Assembly: GCA_021823685.1 (NCBI GenBank)
Contig: JAKANL010000006.1
Span: 233-64,232, forward strand
Length of the DNA stretch: 64,000 nt
From: a bacterium
GTDB lineage: Bacteria; Babelota; Babeliae; Babelales; UBA12409
Direction: 5' to 3'
The notes below the pieces were generated by a model. The model was not told where the DNA came from, made no database searches, and was given only the letters and a program-made list of their open reading frames with translations. Made by a program: the position numbers and the translations under genes. Positions 58,085 to 64,000 of the stretch are shown here, piece after piece; the stretch's first letter is position 1, and each line of letters opens with the position of its first letter.

Positions 58085-58986
58085 AAAAGTTTTTTTACGT
58101 TATGCTCGGCGTATGGTTGCCACACGTTTATGCGGTTGGTTTATTAGAACACATTAATAAGGTGCGCGCACTTCATGCATATAAAAAGGGCGATTACGCT
58201 GCTGCGCAAGAACGATATGAAACACTCTTAATTGACGAACCTCGCGACGAACAAGTGTTATTGGGTTTGGGCAACACCTGTTATGCCCAACAAAACTACG
58301 CACAAGCGGCAGATTATTATCGATTGATTATGCAGCATGAGGTTGATTTGGCCAAAGAGTCGGCGCTCTTTAACCTGGGTTGTGCGCAGGTGCGTTTAGA
58401 ACAGCTCAAAGAAGCGTTGGCCTCTTTTGAAGAGGTGGTGCGTATGAATGCGACCAACCAGCGCGCCCAAAAAAATTGTGAGATTTTGAGAAAAATGTTG
58501 CAACAACAGAAAAGTGGAAAAAACGATAATAAAAAATCGTCAAAAGAACCATCCAAACAATCCGACAAAGAAAATCAAAGCGGCAGCGATCAGAATAATG
58601 GTCAGCAGGGTAAGCAGCAGGATCGGGATGGAAAGAACGCACAGGCCGACCAGAATAAACGGCAGCGCGATAAGGCTGATCAGCAAAAACAGTCCCACGA
58701 AAAGGGCCTTAATGATACGCAAAATAACTGTGGTGGTCAGCAGCAAGACCGTGCATCCAGTGATAATGAGCATGAACAACGAAAAATTGCACATCAACAA
58801 GCTCCGGCTAACGGATTATCAGATGCAAAACAATATACCGCAAAAAAACAGGATCGGCCATTAGACCGGTCTATGCAGGCGATTTTACAACAAGCTGGTG
58901 CGATGGAAAAGGAGAGTCAGCGGATGTACCTGCAAGCATTGGCGGGGCAAAAGAAAACCGAGGGTAGCAATGTGCATACCTGGTAA
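58081..58986 (+). CDS. BatC-like TPR protein
   Basis: LGN..Y and FNLG TPR units, Q/K/D-rich linker, terminal W. Confidence 0.8.
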   Translation: MKKFFYVMLGVWLPHVYAVGLLEHINKVRALHAYKKGDYAAAQERYETLLIDEPRDEQVLLGLGNTCYAQQNYAQAADYYRLIMQHEVDLAKESALFNLGCAQVRLEQLKEALASFEEVVRMNATNQRAQKNCEILRKMLQQQKSGKNDNKKSSKEPSKQSDKENQSGSDQNNGQQGKQQDRDGKNAQADQNKRQRDKADQQKQSHEKGLNDTQNNCGGQQQDRASSDNEHEQRKIAHQQAPANGLSDAKQYTAKKQDRPLDRSMQAILQQAGAMEKESQRMYLQALAGQKKTEGSNVHTW

Positions 58987-60589
58987 ATATGTATTTTTAT
59001 GCTGCAGCATTTTTTTAAATATGTGCGGCAATGATTTGTCACTGCGGTTGGTCGATACTGATGGTAACACGATCAACCACGTGACGCAGGGTGTTCCCTT
59101 TGTGCTGAGTGTTGTGGCTCGTGGGCAGGCCGGCACGTTGGGCGAGCCGGTCATAGACCATGTTGATCAGTTATCGATTTTTCAGCGGCGGCCAGTAGTG
59201 GCGAGCATGAGTTTTGTTAACGGTGTTCAATCCGTAAGCAAAAAGTATAGTTTTGTGGCGCGTATTGATCATTGCGGTTCATATGCTCTTGGTCCGGCAC
59301 GAATCGTGGAGGGTAACCGCCTTATCCGCTCAAATGCCTTGGCTTTTGATGTTGTTAAAGATTCGTTGGAACAAAAAGAATCAACGCTTTTATTGCTTGT
59401 GCAGCCGAATAAGAAGATCATTTATGTCGGCGAACAGCTTTTGCTCGATGTGCGTATTTGTTGGTCAGATCGGGTTAGGCAGGCTGCGCTCGAGCAATGC
59501 GTATTGCCGCAGGCGGCCGTTTATGTCTTGGGGCAACCTGAACAGGAGCGTTATGAGTATCAGAAAAAAATCTGGCAGTGTCTGCATTATGTTTTAGTGA
59601 TATACCCCAAAAAATCTGGCGAATTATTGATCCCACGCCTGACGGCACAGTGCCAGGTTGAGCGTGAAGAGCAATCATTTCTTGCACATTTTTTTGGTCC
59701 TTCGCTTGAACGAACGTTTGTACACAGCGTACCGATAGCGATTAACGTGCGTTCATTGCCTGGCCCAACAATTACTGTTGATGGTGTTGGCTCTTTTCAG
59801 AACTTTCTGATGATGGCTGACCATGCGGTTATTGGGCAATCTGAAGCGGTGACGGTAACGCTGGGTATTACCGGAGATGGCGATACGGGTAACCTCTTAA
59901 CGGGTTTGCGCGGCATTGGTGATGACGTTCGTTTGTATGAATCAGCAACACAGGTGCAGTGCGATCCCGGTAGGCGTGGTTTTTTTACCAAAAAGCGCGA
60001 GTGGGTTGTGCAGGCGCTACGCGCGGGCATTATAACGATTCCGGCGCAAACGTTTACGTATTTTGATCCGCAATGCGTGCGTTACAATATCTTGCGTACT
60101 GCGCCAATTACCGTAGCCGTGCGTGCCGATGTGGCACTTGTGAAACGTGAAATACGGTTGGGCAAAAGCTGGCCACTGCCGCAAGAAATTCCCATGAATT
60201 GGTTTATGTTGATGCTTTTATTGGGCGTTGCGGGGCTCTTTGTTGGATATGTATGGCAATTGTGGAGGCTTATGCCGGCACATTTTGGGTACCGGGCGTT
60301 GAAGCGTATGGTTGAGCATGGCGTTAAAAAGCACGATTACATTACCGTTTATGATGCATGGCTCTTGTTTTTTGCCGACCATGATCATATTACCATTGAG
60401 CAAATGTCTTTGAAAAAAATGGTAGATTTTGGTGAAAAAATGTTTAATAATAAACAACTAATTGACCAATGGAAACGTTATGCAATGCGGCTAGAATCTG
60501 CCGCTTTTGATCGAGAGCATGCAACGATGTACGAAGTGCTTGGTGATGAATCCATGTTATGGCTGCGCAAGGTGAAAAAATGTTTGTAA
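58970..60589 (+). CDS. BatD-like protein
   Basis: S..NG..S, YVGEQ, VGSF, FTYFDP; operon position. Confidence 0.8.
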   Translation: MCIPGKYVFLCCSIFLNMCGNDLSLRLVDTDGNTINHVTQGVPFVLSVVARGQAGTLGEPVIDHVDQLSIFQRRPVVASMSFVNGVQSVSKKYSFVARIDHCGSYALGPARIVEGNRLIRSNALAFDVVKDSLEQKESTLLLLVQPNKKIIYVGEQLLLDVRICWSDRVRQAALEQCVLPQAAVYVLGQPEQERYEYQKKIWQCLHYVLVIYPKKSGELLIPRLTAQCQVEREEQSFLAHFFGPSLERTFVHSVPIAINVRSLPGPTITVDGVGSFQNFLMMADHAVIGQSEAVTVTLGITGDGDTGNLLTGLRGIGDDVRLYESATQVQCDPGRRGFFTKKREWVVQALRAGIITIPAQTFTYFDPQCVRYNILRTAPITVAVRADVALVKREIRLGKSWPLPQEIPMNWFMLMLLLGVAGLFVGYVWQLWRLMPAHFGYRALKRMVEHGVKKHDYITVYDAWLLFFADHDHITIEQMSLKKMVDFGEKMFNNKQLIDQWKRYAMRLESAAFDREHATMYEVLGDESMLWLRKVKKCL

Positions 60590-60957
60590 ATATAATTAAT
60601 GTGTACACTATGGTGCGTGCTCTGCCCTTTTTCACCGTGCAGTTGCTGACGCTGGTGTGTACGTACCTAGCTGTGGTTGTGTTGATTTTTGCACAAAAAA
60701 ACAGACAAATATTCGTTGGTGTACTTATTGTTTGCAGTTGTGTATTGACGACGTTGGTTGCCTGCCGCTATGCTGCTGATACGGCTTGTTGGTTTACGTG
60801 TGGTAAATCGGCGCCTTTATATATTGGGCCGGGTAAACAATATCGGGCGAACGGTTGCGTGGATCAAAATGATGCGGTTTGTGTACAAAAAAGGTGTGAC
60901 GATTGGATATGCGTGCGCGGTGAAAAATCTCAAGGGTGGCTACTATTAAGATCGTAA
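60580..60957 (+). CDS. BatE-like TM plus SH3b protein
   Basis: 2 TM then LYIGPG..Y, W..V...GW. Confidence 0.65.
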   Translation: MFVNIINVYTMVRALPFFTVQLLTLVCTYLAVVVLIFAQKNRQIFVGVLIVCSCVLTTLVACRYAADTACWFTCGKSAPLYIGPGKQYRANGCVDQNDAVCVQKRCDDWICVRGEKSQGWLLLRS

Positions 60958-61733
60958 ATTTTAAATTGGTATGGATTTTTTTATGTTTACTTTCTGCTGG
61001 AATGTTAGCATTATTGGCTGATCAATACGCATATTTCAAGGAGCAAGCAGATACGTTGCAGGAGATGCAACAGCGATATCAAGAGCGGGTACAATCGCTT
61101 GAACGGACGGCTGCCCAGCAAGCGGCGCTTCAGGAAATAACAGGAAAAGCACCAGCGAAGAAAATAGAAAAAAAACAGGCGCGCAAAAAAAAGAAACAAC
61201 TCAGAACGCGTAAAATGCGGCGTATGCGGGGGCGGCGTTGCGCGCAGCAGGTTATTGGTCAACATATCGCCTGCGGTGAACGAGCCGAACAGCGTACACC
61301 GCCGCATACGTGTCCGCAGCAAGATGGGCGATTGCGGTTGGCTTGGCCAGTGGCTAAAGGGCATTTTTGGATAAGTTCTCACTTTGGTCAACGCCGCATT
61401 GGCAATGCGCCAAACTTTCATTCGGGCTTGGATATGGCTGCGGTAAAGGGGACCCCGGTAAAGGCTGCTGACGATGGCGTTGCTTTGGAGGCTACGGCGA
61501 GCAATGGCTATGGAAATACTATTTTGTTACAGCATGCGCATGGTGTGAAAACACGCTACGCCCACATGCACCGTCTGAGAATTAAGCCCGGGCAATCGGT
61601 TAAACGTGGCAAAATTATTGGCACGGTTGGCAATACGGGCAATGTGCGTGCCAATGGCAACGACGGGTCACATTTGCATTTTGAAGTAATTATTAACGGC
61701 CAACCAAGAAATCCATTAGCTTATCTTGGGTAA
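60936..61733 (+). CDS. M23 family peptidase
   Basis: HSGLD, GYGN, TRYAH, HLHFEV; TM plus coiled coil. Confidence 0.92.
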   Translation: MATIKIVNFKLVWIFLCLLSAGMLALLADQYAYFKEQADTLQEMQQRYQERVQSLERTAAQQAALQEITGKAPAKKIEKKQARKKKKQLRTRKMRRMRGRRCAQQVIGQHIACGERAEQRTPPHTCPQQDGRLRLAWPVAKGHFWISSHFGQRRIGNAPNFHSGLDMAAVKGTPVKAADDGVALEATASNGYGNTILLQHAHGVKTRYAHMHRLRIKPGQSVKRGKIIGTVGNTGNVRANGNDGSHLHFEVIINGQPRNPLAYLG

Positions 61734-62033
61734 TCAATTATTCATTACACATGCAGCCAATTGTTGTTGAAGTTTGGCAATTTGTTGGTTGGTTTGACTG
61801 AGCGTTGTACGATATTGGGAGGCCAAGTTTGCAGTCGCCGTATTTTGTCGGCTGATGGTATCGAGCAATTCAGTCGTTATATCTTCTACATCTTTTTGTT
61901 TAGCAGGCAATACAGTCTGGATATACGCAATCAGTTGGCCGTAGTAGCAGCTATCTTGCCAGCCAATTGGTGAAGTAATGTTGACACGCGTGATTGCCAC
62001 GAGTGCGACGTAATAGATAATTTTTTTCATCAT
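61734..62033 (-). CDS. Small secreted coiled-coil protein
   Basis: Signal peptide, heptad-rich, 2 Cys. Confidence 0.65.
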   Translation of the reverse strand: MMKKIIYYVALVAITRVNITSPIGWQDSCYYGQLIAYIQTVLPAKQKDVEDITTELLDTISRQNTATANLASQYRTTLSQTNQQIAKLQQQLAACVMNN

Positions 62034-62042
62034 CGGGTTCCC

Positions 62043-62840
62043 CTATGTATTTTGGCATTGGGTTACTGCTTGTTGAAGTGCCGTAACAACCAATGAACTT
62101 TTGTTAACAACGTTTTTTAATCGCGCTTCAAGACCGGCCACGGTGAGGTTTGCGCTGATCGCTTCATCGTTATAATCATCAAGTTTTTCTCGCAATTGTT
62201 TGAGCGTTGCCATGATAGTTGTTATTTGTCCGCTGCAGCGCGCGTAGCTTGTTGCTGCTTGTGCTGGATCTTGCGTAAATGTTTTGGCAAACCAGGTTGA
62301 CTGTGTGGTGCATTGTTGTTGGCAGTCCCCGACGCAGCTTGAATCGCTTGTCTCCCCGCACATATTTTCGCATGCATTTTGGCAACTATTCTGACACGAT
62401 TGATTGTTCCAGTTGAGTGGTTCGGTTGTTGGGATGCCTGAGCAACAGTTGGCGCACTGGTAGACATAAGGGTAGGTTATTTTTTTTGCTGTTGCGCTTC
62501 CGAGAGGTTCGCCTGGCTTTGGTGATACCGCGGGACGACAACGATTAATGCACCCCCAGTAGTAACTATCATTGTGACGAATATCGAGAAAGGTTGAGCA
62601 GGCGATGCATGTTTTGGCCAATTCCTGATAGCTTATTTTTCCTGTGGCGCCCTCTCTGCCGCCCTCAAGCACAAAATTTGGATCATTTCGATCAACACAG
62701 GCAATGCATTGATCATTGGCATTGCCGGTCAGGCCTGCTTGGTTGTGGCACATTTCGTTGGCAAACCATGATACCGCATGTGCGTGATAAAAAATTCCCC
62801 CAAAAAGTAGCGACGCAGCGGCGAAGATTGTTTTATTCAT
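62043..62840 (-). CDS. Secreted Cys-rich protein with coiled-coil tail
   Basis: Signal ..HAHA; 19 Cys in CxxC/CxxxC arrays. Confidence 0.75.
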   Translation of the reverse strand: MNKTIFAAASLLFGGIFYHAHAVSWFANEMCHNQAGLTGNANDQCIACVDRNDPNFVLEGGREGATGKISYQELAKTCIACSTFLDIRHNDSYYWGCINRCRPAVSPKPGEPLGSATAKKITYPYVYQCANCCSGIPTTEPLNWNNQSCQNSCQNACENMCGETSDSSCVGDCQQQCTTQSTWFAKTFTQDPAQAATSYARCSGQITTIMATLKQLREKLDDYNDEAISANLTVAGLEARLKNVVNKSSLVVTALQQAVTQCQNT

Positions 62841-63023
62841 AAAATCCCTTTTTTTAATTTCTAATATATAATTTAACACCCCCGAAGCTCTTTTGGCAAT
62901 AGATGACATGTGTTGCTCAATGTAATGAAATTTGACACATCCGATTGAGTTGGGTGATACTTTGAAAATCGCGCGTATACGCGATCAATGGTAATTAGGC
63001 AACCAAGAAACTGAGGAGATGCA

Positions 63024-64000
63024 GTGGAATTCGGAACAAAAGTTCTTCATGCAGTTAATAAAGTGTGCCCTAAAACGGGGGCCCTCACTAATCCCATTTA
63101 CCAAACAACAACGTATGTACAAGACGGGCCTGGCGAACACAAAGGCTATGAATATTCGCGTACCGGGAATCCGACGCGCGATGTTTTAGAGCAAACTCTT
63201 GCGGCGTTGGAATCTGCCAACCACGGGTTGGCGTTTGCGTCGGGGTTGGCGGCTATTGATACCGTTATGAATCTTCTGGGGGCTGGCGACCACGTTATTT
63301 GCAGCGATGATGTGTATGCCGGAACGTTTCGTCTCTTTGAACGCGTAAAAGCAAAAAATAATATTTCTTTTTCATGGGTTGACATGACGTGTCCCGGCGC
63401 CATTGAAGCCGCGTTGCGCGAAAATACCAAAATGATCTGGTGCGAATCGCCAACTAACCCGCTTTTAAAATTGGTCGATATCCAGGCGTTGGCCACGATT
63501 GCGCGCAGTAATAATTGTTTATTGGTGGTTGATAATACGTTTATGACGCCGTATTTCCAAAAACCATTGTTATTGGGTGCCGATATCGTCGTGCATAGTG
63601 TAACCAAATATCTAAATGGGCACAGTGATGTTATTGGCGGTGCGCTTCTCACCAACGATACAGATCTATATAAACAGCTCAAATTTTTACAAAATGCCAT
63701 CGGCGCTGTGCCGGGTGCCTTTGATTGTTGGTTAGTCACGCGTGGATTAAAAACGTTGCATGTGCGCATGCAGCAGCATGAATACAATGCAAAAAAAATT
63801 GCGCACTATTTAGAGCGGCATCCCCTGATCAAGCGCGTTATTTATCCGGGGCTTGAAAGCCATCCGCAACACGCGTTGGCAAAAAAGCAAATGACGGGCT
63901 TTGGCGGCATGATGACGTTTGACGTTGATACCGATCTTGATGGCATTAAGCTTTTTTTGAAAAACTTGCACTATTTTTCGTTAGCAGAAAGTTTAGGGTG
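63024..64000 (+). CDS. Cystathionine gamma-lyase/synthase (Cys/Met PLP family), partial at window end
   Basis: SD GAGGAG plus GTG; PIYQTTTY, YSRTGNPTR, FASGLAA, ESPTNP, DNTF, HSVTKYLNGHSD. Confidence 0.92.
   Translation, partial: MEFGTKVLHAVNKVCPKTGALTNPIYQTTTYVQDGPGEHKGYEYSRTGNPTRDVLEQTLAALESANHGLAFASGLAAIDTVMNLLGAGDHVICSDDVYAGTFRLFERVKAKNNISFSWVDMTCPGAIEAALRENTKMIWCESPTNPLLKLVDIQALATIARSNNCLLVVDNTFMTPYFQKPLLLGADIVVHSVTKYLNGHSDVIGGALLTNDTDLYKQLKFLQNAIGAVPGAFDCWLVTRGLKTLHVRMQQHEYNAKKIAHYLERHPLIKRVIYPGLESHPQHALAKKQMTGFGGMMTFDVDTDLDGIKLFLKNLHYFSLAESLG

Noticed and set aside
58500-58860. Q/K/D low-complexity stretch and hydrophobic antisense ORF 58540-58800
   Set aside because: Typical BatC linker; the antisense ORF is its shadow
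63146-63787. 213-aa minus-strand ORF
   Set aside because: Antisense shadow of the plus-strand cystathionine lyase/synthase that runs off the window

Overview
64 kb of bacterial chromosome. The gene content suggests Dependentiae/Babeliae (TM6), intracellular parasites of protists; this is inferred from the many signal-peptide-bearing ankyrin, WD40 and RING-LRR proteins interleaved with housekeeping genes (uppS, gpsA, rnpB, PBP1A, murG, holB, tmk, atpB/atpE, pilD, rbfA, rpsU, gltX, potABCD, metG, cca, topA, batA-E). The clearest signal is a complete IS110-family element (23753-24977) inserted at the CT core of a REP-like repeat. Its non-coding end reads as a bridge RNA: all four guides match the reconstructed target and donor junctions, and circularisation would create a sigma70-like promoter. 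Other notable items: nested REP-like repeats, an unannotated His-rich leader peptide ahead of a polar amino-acid ABC transporter, a four-hairpin ATP synthase c subunit, a WD40 array with hypervariable loops, and a putative effector repertoire sharing a signal peptide followed by Met(-Glu). All calls were made by eye; no searches or folding were run.
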